DNA of 64,000 bases from Lama guanicoe. Lineage: Eukaryota. Positions 50,825-63,323 of this stretch are shown one piece after another. Position numbers and translations under genes: made by a program. The stretch's first letter is position 1, and the number at the start of each line of letters is the position of its first letter. A model generated the notes under the pieces. That model was not told the origin of the DNA. It searched no databases and saw only the letters and a list, made by a program, of their open reading frames with translations. The stretch is taken from the NCBI GenBank assembly GCA_013239625.1, contig MU053758.1, positions 558,001-622,000 on the forward strand. Reading direction: 5' to 3'.

Positions 50825-52436
50825 ATGGCTATGAGTTCTTTTTTGATCAACTCAAACTATGTCGACCCCAAGTTCCCTCCGTGCGAGGAATATTCACAGA
50901 GCGATTACCTACCCAGCGACCACTCGCCGGGGTACTACGCTGGCGGCCAGAGGCGAGAGAGCAGCTTCCAGCCGGAGGCGGGCTTCGGGCGGCGCGCGGC
51001 GTGCACCGTGCAGCGTTACGCGGCCTGTCGGGACCCTGGGCCCCCGCCGCATCCGCCACCACCCNNNNNNNNNNNNNNNNNNNNNGCCGCCCCCGCCACC
51101 GCCCGGCCTGTCCCCTCGGGCTCCTGCACCGCCGCCCTCCGGGGCCCTCCTCCCGGAGCCCGGCCAGCGCTGCGAGGCGGTCAGCAGCAGCCCCCCGCCG
51201 CCTCCCTGCGCTCAGAACCCCCTGCACCCCAGCCCGTCCCACTCCGCGTGCAAAGAACCCGTCGTCTACCCCTGGATGCGCAAAGTTCACGTGAGCACGG
51301 GTGAGTGCGTGGGCACCCTTTCCCCCTCCCACCCCAACGCTTTACACCAAAGGGACCTCGGAGGCATGGGGCGGGGGTAGGGGGGAGAGCCAATTGTCCC
51401 CGCTATAAACTCGCCATTGCCGGAGATTTACGGTCGCCTGTTTTCAGAGTCACATAATTACATCCCCCATAAATTTTTATGGCCTGGTGGGCCCCACGCC
51501 TTTGAAGTCGGTTCCCCATCCTCTTTGCCATTCCCACCAGCGACTTTTTCGCCAGGGAGATGCAGTATCAGTGAAGTTGGAAATTGAGGAGGGGTGTAGA
51601 GGTGGGGGAGGAGAAGAGGGAGGAGGTAATCTGTATTTAAGCGGAGAGTTGAGTCAACTCCCAGTATTTATTTTTTCCTTTCTTTCCTCTAGTCTGGCTT
51701 CTTGGCTTGAGAAGTGGGCAAAAGTTTTTACTGGGGGCAGGCACTGTTTGGAATCTGAGCAGAGAGGGTGGGAACTAACAGAAGAAAGCCCTAGTGAAGC
51801 CCTCCTCCCTTTTTCACCCCTCATTCTCCCATCCCAGGCTCCAAGCCAAGTGGGGGGAGAGAGGAGGGATTGAAACCTCCTGAAGATTCTCCCCCCCACC
51901 CCAGACACCCAAACAACAACGTCGAGACCACACAACCCTCCAAAACTTAGAAATCTTTTTCTCTTCCTGGGGTCCCGCTTTCTCTTTCGTCCCCACCCCC
52001 TCCGGAGGAAGAAGAGGTGGCGGGAGAGGGAGGGAGGGAGGGAGCAAGACACTGTGTTAGCTGTAAGAAAGGGCTCTCCCTCCTCCCTTTCGGGGCAATA
52101 AAACTTTCTCTTTCTCCCTCTCTCTGTGTGTGTCCAGTAAACCCCAATTACGCCGGTGGGGAGCCCAAGCGCTCTCGGACCGCCTACACTCGCCAGCAGG
52201 TCTTGGAGCTGGAGAAGGAATTTCACTACAACCGCTACCTGACGCGGCGCCGGAGGGTGGAGATCGCCCACGCGCTCTGCCTTTCTGAGCGCCAGATCAA
52301 GATTTGGTTCCAGAACCGGCGCATGAAGTGGAAAAAAGACCACAAGTTGCCCAACACCAAGATCCGTTCGGGTGGCACCTCAGGCGCAGCCGGAGGGCCC
52401 CCTGGCCGGCCCAACGGAGGCCCCCCTGCGCTCTAG
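50825..52436 (+). CDS. HOXB4: Homeobox protein Hox-B4; CDS join(50825..51300,52138..52436), with a 21-N gap at 51065-51085 inside the poly-Pro tract; about 251 aa
   Basis: [35 protein letters not shown]; donor ACGG|GTGAGT; acceptor GTCCAG|TA; Dfd-class homeodomain [26 protein letters not shown]...[12 protein letters not shown]. The frame change falls exactly at the N-run. Confidence 0.96.
51405..51484 (+). promoter_or_regulatory. HOXB4 intron conserved region (CR1/HB1 element)
   Basis: TCGCCATTG (YY1/NF-Y-like, 51411-51419), then TAATTACATCCCCCATAAATTTTTATGGCC (51455-51484) with clustered homeodomain/Cdx sites, typical of Hox4 introns. Confidence 0.8.
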
Positions 52437-53462
52437 TGCCCCCCGCACGGGAGCCGAGAACCTCGGGGCGGGGGTGGGTTCCGTGCGCGGGGAGGGGTTT
52501 GTGGGGAGATGCGGGAGGGGACCCTAGGGCCTGGGCCCAGAAAAGCCTACCTGCCCTCCCCTCACTTTGTCTATTTACACGAATAAATGCAGAGGAGGGG
52601 GGAGGGGAAGCTTTATTTATAGAAATGACAATAGGGAGCCGGGCAAGGCCCCCCAGAAGCAAGGTTCAAGTCTCTGGCTTTCTTCCTTAAAAAAAAAAAA
52701 AGAAGAAGAAGAAGAAGAAGAAGGAAGAAAGAAAAAGACAGAAAGAGAAATAGGAGGAGGCTGCACTCCTCGTTTTCAGCTTTGGCGAAGATGGATCCAC
52801 GTTTCATCTTTAATCACGCCAGGCCCAGGCCCATCTGTCTTGTTTACTCTGCCGAGGAGAGGACGGGCCTCGGTGGCGACCATTACCTCGACACCCGGCT
52901 AACAAATGAGGCCCGGCTCGGCCGCCGCCGCCTCTGCTGCTGCCGCCGCTGCTGGAAGACAGCCTGGATTTTCTTTCTTTGTCCCCCATTCCTGACACCC
53001 AGCGAAAGCACCCTCTGACTGCCAGATAGCGCAGTGTTTTGGCCACGGTAACACACGCACACAACCTCCCTCCCACTCCGTGCCCTCTTACGGGGACGCT
53101 GACCGCTCACCCCTTGCACGCGGGGCTGGGGAAGGGGCAGCAGGACGGGGACAAGCGGAGGTGGGGGGCGGCCTCGGCTTCGCAGGAGCAGGGCAGGGCA
53201 GGGCAACTGAGTCCGAGAGAAGAGAGAGACCTAGAGAACAGGGGGCCTTCCTCTGGAAGGTCAAGCCATTCCTGGCGGGCTGACGGGGCAGTTGAGTTCT
53301 GGGAGCTGGGCACAACCCTCTTGCCAGTCTGGAGTTGTACAGGGGAGGAGGCCTTTTCTCCTAGACAGGAAATGAATGTGAAACTAGGAAATAAAATGTG
53401 CTCTTCCCATCTGGGAGATGATGTTACAGAGACCTCTCCCATAGTTTATCATTGTTGCATTG

Positions 53463-53510
53463 ATTATTATATTATTATTATTATTAATATTAATTATTAT
53501 TATTATTATT
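53463..53510 (+). repeat. (ATT)n imperfect repeat in the HOXB4 3'UTR
   Basis: Direct read. Confidence 0.85.
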
Positions 53511-53642
53511 TTATGTCATGTGCTTCCTCTCTCCTATTCTTTCTGACATTCCAAACCAGGCCCCTTCCTAGTTCTGGGGCCGTGTGAGTCTAGAACCCTT
53601 CGTTGGCGTGAAAATGTGTGTCCTGTACAGAGTAACAATAGA

Positions 53643-53648
53643 AATAAA
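53643..53648 (+). terminator. HOXB4 distal polyadenylation signal
   Basis: AATAAA followed by GU-rich GTGTTTTTGTTG; other AATAAA at 52582 and 53390. Confidence 0.65.
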
Positions 53649-55039
53649 TGTTTGGTTTCTTGTGACCAGCACGGCGTGTTTTTGTTGAAACCTTGATGTA
53701 ACGATGCAGATGAATACCACCCAGCATATATTTTTAAGCACCCCAGACCATTTGGCCTCACATTGTATGTGGCTGAGGAATTTTTTCAAAGGGTCCAATG
53801 GGAATTTCTATCTCAGAGGACTCCAAATTGTGGTAGCTGGTTTGTTTTCCTTTTTGGGTGGATGTGTTTTGTTTGGGGCTTTTAATTTTTTCCCTGTAGT
53901 CCAAAAATGCACTGAAAGGACTGGGCGGGCTGATTCCAATCCCTAATGGGGGGAAAATGTTTCATTGTAGGACACAAGAGGCTTAAGTATGGCAAAGGCT
54001 TTCATATTGTGATTTATTTGTCATAAGCAAATAAAATGCGGTTAAGCTGTCTCCTTCTAGACAGACGGCTCTTTGCTTATTAAAGTTCCGAGAGAGGATT
54101 CTGCGTGGCCAGCCTCTTTCCTCCCGCGTAAGAAGGTATCGTTTTCCTCTGAGGTGTTTAAGGCTTTAATGAGTCTAATTTTTTGCACAGATGTTTCTGG
54201 GTGTTTGCAGGTTTTCAGAGTATTTTTATATTACAAAGGAGCTAGCCGGTGCCATAGCTCAAACTCTGACAAGCAAATAGATAATCAAGAAGACAAATGG
54301 CCTCTTTTGTGAAGCCCTGCTCCTGTATTAATTTTCATTTTCTTTCTCATAGAAAGTATCGAAAGTACGACTAGGGACCAAATAGCTTTCTGTCTCTGAG
54401 GTCCCAGTCACCCCTAGAATGGAGTGGGGGAAGGGGATGGGGGTGCAGGTGACCCTCAGAAGCTCTGTCAGGCTTGGGCCGCTTTGGGACAGCACCCAAG
54501 AGAAGTTGTAAGGTCTGGGGTCTCCAGCCTCAGCACTCTGGTCCTGTGGTAGCCCTTGGTACAGCCATCCTGCCTCCCAAATCTCCAGGCTCCGGAGAGT
54601 ATATGCAATTAAAAGTCATTTTTCGGTCCCCTTTCCCTTCAGAAAATAAAAATAGCCAATTCCACCAGCGCATTTTATTGTTGTTTGTTTTGTGTTGCTC
54701 TGAAGTGTAGTGCCTGGGCATTTGAGGCTGGGTAGGGCCCGGGTCAGACCGGGCCGGGGTTCACCGCGTGGGTAGGGGTGTTTGAAATGCCCGTTTCACT
54801 GCTGGAGGGAGACTCCTAGCAAATTGCCCAGACCTGGAAGATGAGAGCGGCGGGCTTTGTTTTCGGTGGAATCGCGGTGTGATGTTTAGCTTCCAGGGGA
54901 TGCGGCCTCCCTTCCCTTCCAGAGGGGGAACTGTTCTTAAAAAGCATATGCACCCCCCCAGGAATGTCTCTATAGAACCAAATCAAAGCTGCTCTTAGGA
55001 AGGTATGAATAGAATAAAAAAAGATTTCTATGGAGCTTA

Positions 55040-55336
55040 AAGTTCACAGCCATTCTGTGTAGACAAGAGCTAAGAAAAATGTGAGAATTATACAGAAAAC
55101 CATTAATCACTTCTTTTCTTTAAATACGTATCCTCTCTCCTTTGTTATTATTCAACAGCAAATCTCCGCAGACCGGCTGTTGGGGGAAAAAAGTGTTAGC
55201 TGCCACTCCCGGATCTGCGAGGGGGAAAAAATTTGGAACCATAAAGTTGAAAACTTTTTTCTCTCAGTTTGGAAGAAGCCGTTCGTCATGAATGGGATCC
55301 GCAGAGTTCAGGCGAGAGGAGGCGAGAGGCGCAAAG
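55040..55336 (+). promoter_or_regulatory. HOXB3: HOXB4/HOXB3 shared late neural enhancer (CR3-like) with a probable non-coding HOXB3 first exon ending at 55336
   Basis: TAAT-core sites AATTA (55086-55090) and CATTAAT (55101-55107); splice donor GCAAAG|GTAACA at 55336/55337; position 3' of HOXB4 fits the known distal HOXB3 promoter. Confidence 0.55.
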
Positions 55337-56189
55337 GTAACAAAGCCCCCGCCTGGGCTGGCTTTTTTTTTTTTTTTTTGGATCGTTTTATGAGCTCTTT
55401 TTACAAGGGAAAGAAGAAGCACTCTCTCGCCTCCTTTTTCTTTTTCAACTATCTTCGCAGGGTTTTTATGGTGGACGCTTGGTCAGGTTTGATGCCTTTT
55501 ATGATGACTGATGCTTGAGTTGGGGAGAGAGAGGGAACTGACACCTGGAGAGTGTTTGAACTGATTGGGACTGAGGTGTCAGAGCTTCTGAAAAACCCCA
55601 GAAAATGTTGTTTTCGAGGCAGCTCAGAAGTGCTTTTTCTGGTTTTAGAAAATTCCGGAGGGCCTGGGGAGCCCTGGTGTGTGTGCATGTCTGTCTGTAG
55701 TGAGGTGCACTTGGGGCTGGTGTATTCTGTGACTCTGCTTGTCTAAACCGGGGGCTGGTGTCCCACATGTCTGTTTACCAGTGGGCTGTTGTCACTGCCA
55801 TCTCCTGGAAAAATGGAATGCAGTTTGTGGATGGAATGCCTCAACCTCGGAGCTGGATATAGGTGGATGTCTTTGTTTTTACTTTTCCTGTCTAGTTTGG
55901 GATTCTAGACAAATATTTGCAACTCTCTGGAGCAGGAAACTGTTCCTTTCACAGGGGAGGTTCGTCAATGCTGGAATCTTCCTCTTTGACTCTGCCCCCC
56001 TTCTTCCTGGAGGCTCAGGGTTTACTTTGGTTTCCTTTTGCTCCTTGGTTTGGGGGCTCTGTTCCCCTCTCTGGGGCCCTGCTTCTGAGGGTGAAGGAGC
56101 CAGTGGACTCTGCCTCAGACCAGAATGCACTGGCCCCTTTTCCCTGGGGCTCACTGAGAGTTTGGAAGCAGGAGGCTGGCAGGAGAGAG

Positions 56190-56206
56190 AGTTCATGGAG
56201 AGGCCA
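56190..56206 (+). promoter_or_regulatory. DR5 RARE of the HOXB4 3' early neural enhancer (ENE type)
   Basis: AGTTCA-tggag-AGGCCA about 3.8 kb downstream of the HOXB4 stop. Confidence 0.8.
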
Positions 56207-59200
56207 CGTTTTCTAGGCGATTAGCGCAGTATTAGAACCACAAAATGACCTCGGAAGCCCCTTGACCTCTCTGAGACTGGACATTGTGTTGGCTCTTGCC
56301 TCCTGCCCAGAAGGGAAAGTCACACCTCTGCAGGGAGGGGACCTTGTGTGTCCCATCTTCTCCACTCCCCAGCCCCCAATCCCTTCTTTGCTATCTTGGA
56401 ATTTTTGGATTGTTTTCCTGTTACTGTCTACTGGGGAAAAAAGAAATAAAACTTTGAGCACAGCTCGGGGAGGGAGGTAGGGTGCTGGTCTGTCTCTCTG
56501 TGCAGACCTCCTTCCCTCAGCCAGACTCCACCCCCACCCCTGTCCAGTTCATCCTTCCTTCTTTCCTGTTTCTTTGGAGGGAGCTGAGGGAAGAAAGACA
56601 ATGGGGGGCAGCTATGAGAGGTCCAGGAGCCTCAGAGAGCTAGGGAAACTAACCCTGGGTCCTAAGGAGGGAGAAGGCTCCTACTATGGCTACTGTTTCA
56701 AGGTCTGTTATCCAAATCCACAGCCTCTCAACCCATTTTCTGAAGTTCCTTTGTTTAGGAAGCTATTTTTAAAAATCACTCTCACCTCCTTCCCCTAATC
56801 CCCAATCCCACCCTAGCTACTCACGGAGCCCATGGAGTACCTCCCCACCAGAGGAGCAAGAGACGGGAGGAGGGCCAGTGTAGTCTATTCTGGCCATTTC
56901 CAGGGACAGCTGTGCCACATTAACCAAAGTTTCCAGCAACTTTTAATTTTGAGAGATGCGTGGAGGACTTGCTAAGAAGTGAACTCAGAGCCTTTTTAAA
57001 TCTGCATTCTACTGGCTGGACTGAAAATCTACACCAGCAACCATCCTCTTAGGAGAGGATAGAGACAAAGGGAGAAAGACAGACAGACAGACAGGCTCCA
57101 GCTGGGAAGAGGAAATGTTCCCTTGAGTTAAGACTAGGAGGAAAAAACCTTGCTGGGGTGTATGTGGGGTGTTGGTTTGCATTTTGAATATTGTCTCCTG
57201 TATCTTGGGGACTCTGTCTCAGGCAAGGAATAACTGGCGTTGGTTGGCATTCTCTCCTTTGTCCCTGGGTGGCTTAATAAATGCTGGAGCTGGAGGCCTT
57301 GGTAAAAAAGGGAGTGAGCAGAAAGGCAAGCTGAATGGCTCCTGGAATGAAAATATTTGGGGTTCAGGGGATCTGTGCACCCATTACTCATAAGTGCAGA
57401 TAACCAACTGTGAGCCCTCTGTAGACCCAGGTGACAAATATCTAGTCACCTGGGTCTTTATAAGCTGCTCTCTGCAATGTGAGGATTAGAGGACCACCAC
57501 AGGGAAAGCGGGAGAAACAGTGGAAAGGGAAGGTTGGGGTTCCTTCAAGGGTTTCAGCCCCACAGGCAGAACTGCGGGATCTTCTGGCTCCTGTACTCCC
57601 AGATCTCAACCTCTGCAGAGCCCATCATTGAGGGCAGGCTCCCCAGCCCCCTGGGCTCACCTTCTTCGATTCTAGCGGCCACCCCAGTCCTTTGAATCTT
57701 TGGACCTCTCTTTCTCCATTTCCCCGGCCCTCCGGCCCTCTGCACCCTCCCTCCTACTTCCACCCACCTGAGCAGACTGGGAACCCACAGTCCGGCCAGA
57801 GCCCATCGCCAGAGCAGCCCCAGCACCGGTGGTGGGTCTCCCTGGGAAGCGGTGGCCTGGGAGGGGGGTCTGGTTGGAAAACGGAGTTGGGAAGTTTCCC
57901 AGCGTGAGTTGAGCGCTGACGGATTTGTGATCGGCCATAAAACCGGCGCGTTCAGATTCGTAAATCAATCTCGCCTTTCTCACAGTATAAACGTTCGCTT
58001 TATCGGCAGCAAGAAAGCGCCCCGCTCGCGCTCAGGCGCTTGTTTATTTGAACATGGACATTCCCAGGATCCGAAAAGAGTGTGGGCATTTTAACAGAAC
58101 CTGTCCAGCGTGTCTTTGTGTCATCTGCTGTTCTTTTTTCTTGTCCTTTAAAAATAATTTTTTGGTTTCAGAGACTACTGTCCTCCCATGCTCCAGCATC
58201 TCTGTCTCCTGCTCTCTCTCCTTCCCACCCCCTTTCATATTTTTCGTTTAGACCTTAGCGAAGTGCTTTTCTTTGGAGGACCACTTTTAATGGATTTGTG
58301 GCCAGGACTTTGCAGCAAGTTGCCCTTGCTGGAGCCCGGCGTGGGGCTGAATTCAATACCAGTCTGCGTTTTGTCTCTGCACAATCAAAGCCGGCCACCC
58401 CCCTACAGAGCCTGGGCCTGCCGGCGCCCCCCGCCCGAGAGTTGGGAGCGGGATTCCAAGGGGTCTAGGCCGGCCCGGTGCCTTGGGCAGGGGCCGCGCT
58501 GCCGCTACCGCCGGACCAGACACCACGTGGGGGTGGCTGTTTTTCTCGGGGGTTGTTGGGGCACCTGGGTCCTCAACCTTCTCCCTGTTGAGTTGCTTTT
58601 GGTTCGGACCCCTCCAAACAAATCACTGGCAGCCCCTCGGCCCCATGTCCACCCCCCACCCCCAAAAGGCATCTCTTTTTCCCCCGTCTGCCTGCCCCTG
58701 CAGCCGTGGCTGCCCCAGCGCTGCTGAAGATAAGACTGGGAGTGTGGCCGACGGGCTCCTGCAGGAATGTCTTCTCTGCTTCCCTTTGCAACCCCATCCC
58801 ACACTGTGGCCAAAGACTGCGATTCTGACCCTAACTGGTCTGCTCCTTCTGGCACCAAGCTGTATGTGAAGGTTTGGAGGGATTTTTTGTTTTGTTTTGT
58901 TTATATCTGAGATGAAGTCTCTGTACATTTCTCTCTCCAGGCCCAGGAAATGGATTTCTCCTATCATCACCGGTGTTTAACCCTTTAATATGCAGCCCCC
59001 ATCTTTTTAATTGATCAGTCTCCATTGTCTGCCAATTGGAAGTTCAGGGTACTAACACCTGGAAAATGGGGATGGGACAGATCAGGCCAACTTCAAAGCC
59101 TCTTTCTTCCCTTTCCTTCCCCTCCCCTGCAGTTCACATCTCCAGTTGTCTTCACTAGTGTGTTGTGGGGCAGGGTGTTACATAGGTATACAGAGACTGA

Positions 59201-59939
59201 GTGTCCACTTCTTTTGTGTAGGAACCTTAGTCCAGGTCTTTGTCTCTAGAGTGTATTCTCAGTCGGTCAGTAGAATTTGGTTCCCTGTAGTAGTAACACA
59301 ACGGAAAAAAAAAGTCCCCCTTGTGGTTACTCTCAACTTTGGAAGCTCCCGATGCCATCTCTTTATCCTGTCCTTTTCCTGCCCTTTCAAAAGGCACCAC
59401 AAAAGATTAAAAGGGGAGTTAAAGCCAGAAACCCCTTCTTTATACATATATAATCTAGACTTCTGAAGTATTTCTTTTGAAATTCATTCCTTTAGGAATT
59501 GTTAGTTATTTAAGAAAGAGGGGGAGTAGGTCCCACTAAGATAAACACCCTAGGAATGAGGGAGAGAATAGAGTTGGGGGGAATCTTGATCTTAAAAGAT
59601 GCAGAGAGAGGAACTAGTAGCTGAGAAATCCAGGGGCTTGGAGAAGGGCTCCGAGCCCATCCCACCAGATGCCCCTGCAGACTATTTCTGCACCTCCACG
59701 AACTAAGCAGAAGCAGGAGGAGAAGGGAGACAGGAGAGGTGGGCCGTGGGTAAGTGTGTCTGGGGGGTGGTTATGGAGTGTAGGTTCAGCAGGTACAGAT
59801 GCGAATGCGGGAGAGAGGAGAACTCGCTACTATTCCATTGGTGGGTTGGGGGGAACCTATTTTGCAGGAAAATTTCTCCTCCTGAAGGGGAAGGTCATAG
59901 TGGTCCTTTGAGCCTGAAATCGAAAGACCCCCTTCCTCC

Positions 59940-60188
59940 TCCTGGTCACGTGATTCATTAAATAATTAATGCCGAGGTTGCAGAATAGATATGTATTCGT
60001 CAGGAAAATCGCAGGCTCGGTCTCCCTGTTTCTGACGTGCAATTCAACTGTCCTTTGAAAAACAAGCCTGTACCCCGAGAAAAAAAAAAAAAGAGAGAGG
60101 GGGAGAGAGAGGGAGAGAGAGAGAAAAAGAGAGGGAGGCAGCAATAAAACAGCCCCGCAGCCGGAGCCACACCACGGGCTGGGGTATT
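59940..60188 (+). promoter_or_regulatory. HOXB3: Probable HOXB3 alternative promoter and non-coding exon
   Basis: GGTCACGTGATTCATTAAATAATTAATG (E-box 59947-59952 plus TAAT cluster), GA-rich leader and donor TATT|GTAAGT at 60188/60189. Confidence 0.45.
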
Positions 60189-60373
60189 GTAAGTAGAAGG
60201 GATTTCTCACTACCTACCGCGTCTTATATGTCCATGTAAATTTATTGTTTGTTATTAATGTTATTGTCGTAAAATGTGACAAATAGCCATCTTCATTTCC
60301 TGCCATTTCTCTTCACGCGGTGCTCTGTGTGTTTATACCCATTGAGGCATTGCATAGAGATTTTAGGAATATT

Positions 60374-60378
<5 letters not shown>

Positions 60379-60406
<28 letters not shown>
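60379..60406 (+). repeat. (TC)14 microsatellite
   Basis: Direct read. Confidence 0.9.
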
Positions 60407-60410
<4 letters not shown>

Positions 60411-63323
60411 TCATCCAACCTTTTTCTTGATTTATAGCAATATGGGTGTCAGCTTCTCGGCCGGCGTGCCAGCCATTGTGTGTGTGTGTGTGTATGTGTG
60501 TGCGCGCGCGTCTGCGTGTGTTTGTGAGCGAGTTGTGTTGTTTATGGCCATGTCTTCGATAAATCATTTCTCACAGAAAATGATGTGGAAGCTGGGCTAT
60601 TTCTGCGGCCGGGAGAGAGTCACTCTCGCAGGCACTTCCTCTCGATCTGCTCTGCTCTGCTCCCAGGAGTTGGTTATTTCAGACGATTTACAGTAATATA
60701 TCAGCAGTTAATATGAAAGCTCTATAGCTGGAGGTCTTAAATTACAGCATCTGTGATTATCAATTAAGGCAAGATTTGTATAAATTTGGTAAACCAGAAA
60801 TGCCTCATTGGCATATAAACCCAGTCAAAGACCACGACCTAATATAAAAATTGTATTTGCGAGCCTGAGAGAGCCAACATTCCTGCAGCAGCAGACAGAG
60901 CTTCATTTTTCAGCAGTTCCCCTCCAGGAGTCTGGCTGCTCCGAAGCCAACTGGGGGTAAAGAACCCAACTCTGAAGGCAGAAGGAGCCTGGGGGCAAGA
61001 GAGGTGGAGGCAGAGGAAGAAATTACCGGAGTTGAAGGCAAAGCTTTTTGTAATCGATGGGGACCAAATAGAAGTCTTCTGCATTCGGAGGGGGCTGGAG
61101 GGATTAAGTTACAGTATTAAAGCTTAATCTCTAGGACTGATGTGTATGACAGGGTGTTGAGGGTGGGGAAGGAGGTACCCAAATTGGGGGAGACAATGGA
61201 GGCAGAGGTTGAAGGGCAGGGAGGGAAGCTGAAAGCTTTGGCTCCCCACCCTCCTGGCTAACAAAACAAGGAAGTGAATTCACTCCCCAGTAGCCTTCCT
61301 TCGACCTCCTGAAACAAAGAAAGTTTCCTCAGCAGCGAGGGACTATGTGTGTTTGAGACTAAAGCAGGGAGAAGTTCTCTAAGTTCTTCTAGAAAGGAAA
61401 TCCAGGAATCAGGTGGTCCCAGAAAGTTGGAGAGTATTCCAGGATGTGGGATGTGTTCCTCTCCCTAAGCCCCCATCCAAAGAGGGAGCAAACAGGGTGC
61501 GGATTGGGAGGGGGAAAGCTGGTAACTATCCTCTCCTCTGTGGTCGATAGGTTTCATTTGGAGGTCTCAGTCCCTCCCTAACAGGGAAGGGTCTGCTGGT
61601 GGAGAGCAAAGGCAGAGGTGGCTTTGGGGGATATTACTCGTTGTGCCCCAAAGTTGTTATGGATGAGGGCCAGAGGGCCAGAGCCTTTGCCAAATTAGGT
61701 CCAGGCTGCTAGCTTCTCCTTCCCTGGCTGGAGCCTGGCCAACTGACTTTATAGCCACTATTATCTGTGATACTTAACTCTGCCTGCTAGTGTAAACCTT
61801 TGAGCAAGAAAATTAGAGTGATGCCTCGCCCAGGTGTTAATTATTCATGGCATCAACTGCACGGTGGAGCAGCGGCTTAGGCCCCAGTCCAGGCACATCC
61901 AGGAGCTCACTCCCATCCTCTATTCCCAGTGGGCACTGAGCCCCGTCCTTGTTAACAGGCAGCTATTTTGGGTGGGTAATGGGTGAGGCGTCCCAATTTG
62001 GGAGTCTGAGTTGAAAAGGGTTTAGGGAGAAAGAGAAGGAGAAGGTCAGGACCCTAGTCTGGGATGGGTGGGAGCATTACCTGGCCTACATAAATAGAAC
62101 TGGGAAGAGTCTGGATTCAGGGGCAGATTTGATGGGGCTGGAGGCAGCAGACCTGAGGGAGAGGGGGCTCCAAACTCTGCAGGCCCCCTATCTGTGAGTG
62201 TTGGAGAATCCCACACTCAGTATGGGAAGCAAGTATGTCCTTCTCCCTCACCTGGGAAGTGAAGGGGGTAAATGTGGAGTGGGTGAGTTCACCCCCAATC
62301 TAGTGCTCCAGAATTCAGGCCAAAGTCTTGGAATTTCTGAGAGATGGGGAAAGGATTACTTCTTCCTTGGAGAGGAAAGGGGACATGAAGGAGAAGGAAG
62401 AGGGTAGAATGATATTGGTAGCTTGTGAATTCAACCTGCTTTGGAGGATGGGGAATGGCAGGAGAAGGCTGAAGGACTTGCTGTCTGGGACAGCCCAGAG
62501 CTAGTGGGGAGAGCTGGGCGCCAGTCCCACAGGCCCCTGCTCCTATGCTTCCAACTCCTCCCTCCTTCTCATCTCCCCTCCCCCTGCTGCCTTCGCCTGT
62601 GACATGGAGGCCTGATCTACACTCCCTCCTTTCCTCTCCATTCTCTCAGCCCCCTTTAGGTCTTTGTTTCTTCTGGCCCTGGGGATACCCCCTCCTCTTC
62701 CCTTTCCCCAACTTACACACAGACTCTTCCCCAGGAGACAAAAGCACAGAGACCATCCCTCCACCATTATCTTTTAGTCAGTCACTGGCCCCTCACCGAA
62801 TATCCCTATGTGAGTCCTGGTGCCCTCCATCCAGGCATATAGGCCTACCCCCCAAACTCAGCAGGTTTGTTGTTGTTTTTAAAACATACATTTGGTTCAT
62901 TTAGCCATAAAGCACCCTGCATCTTACCAGTTCTGCACACACACCCCTCATTTGCTTCTGTGCTGTTCAGGAGATGGGATAGAATGCATTTGATGGCAGC
63001 GCTTTAGGAATGCTGCTGACTCTATCTTCTCTCCAGACTCTGCTAATGTCCACTTTTTCTATATAATTATAGTGTTTATCCCTGTGCCTTTAAGCTGGGC
63101 TGCCAATGCTTTAATAACCAGAGGAGTTAAATAGAACGATGAGGAGGGAGAGGTTGAAGAAAAAAGAGGAGGCCCCAGAGAGAGACCAAGCAGTAAGATC
63201 CCTTTCTGAGGTGGGAAGTCAAGGCAGAGCCAAGGAGAGGATGGCAGGGAGAATGGAGGCAAAGGCCAGTCAGAGGGGCCGGGAGGCTGTCCTGGCAAAG
63301 GGAGCCCCACAACCTGGATGGGT

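Noticed and set aside
50825..51300. Apparent frameshift in HOXB4 exon 1 (pseudogene?)
   Set aside because: The frame change coincides with the 21-N gap; both flanks, splice sites and exon 2 are intact, so it is most likely a gap-size artefact
54741..54763. Possible extra RARE GGGTCA...GGTTCA
   Set aside because: Half-sites are 11 nt apart, not DR1/2/5
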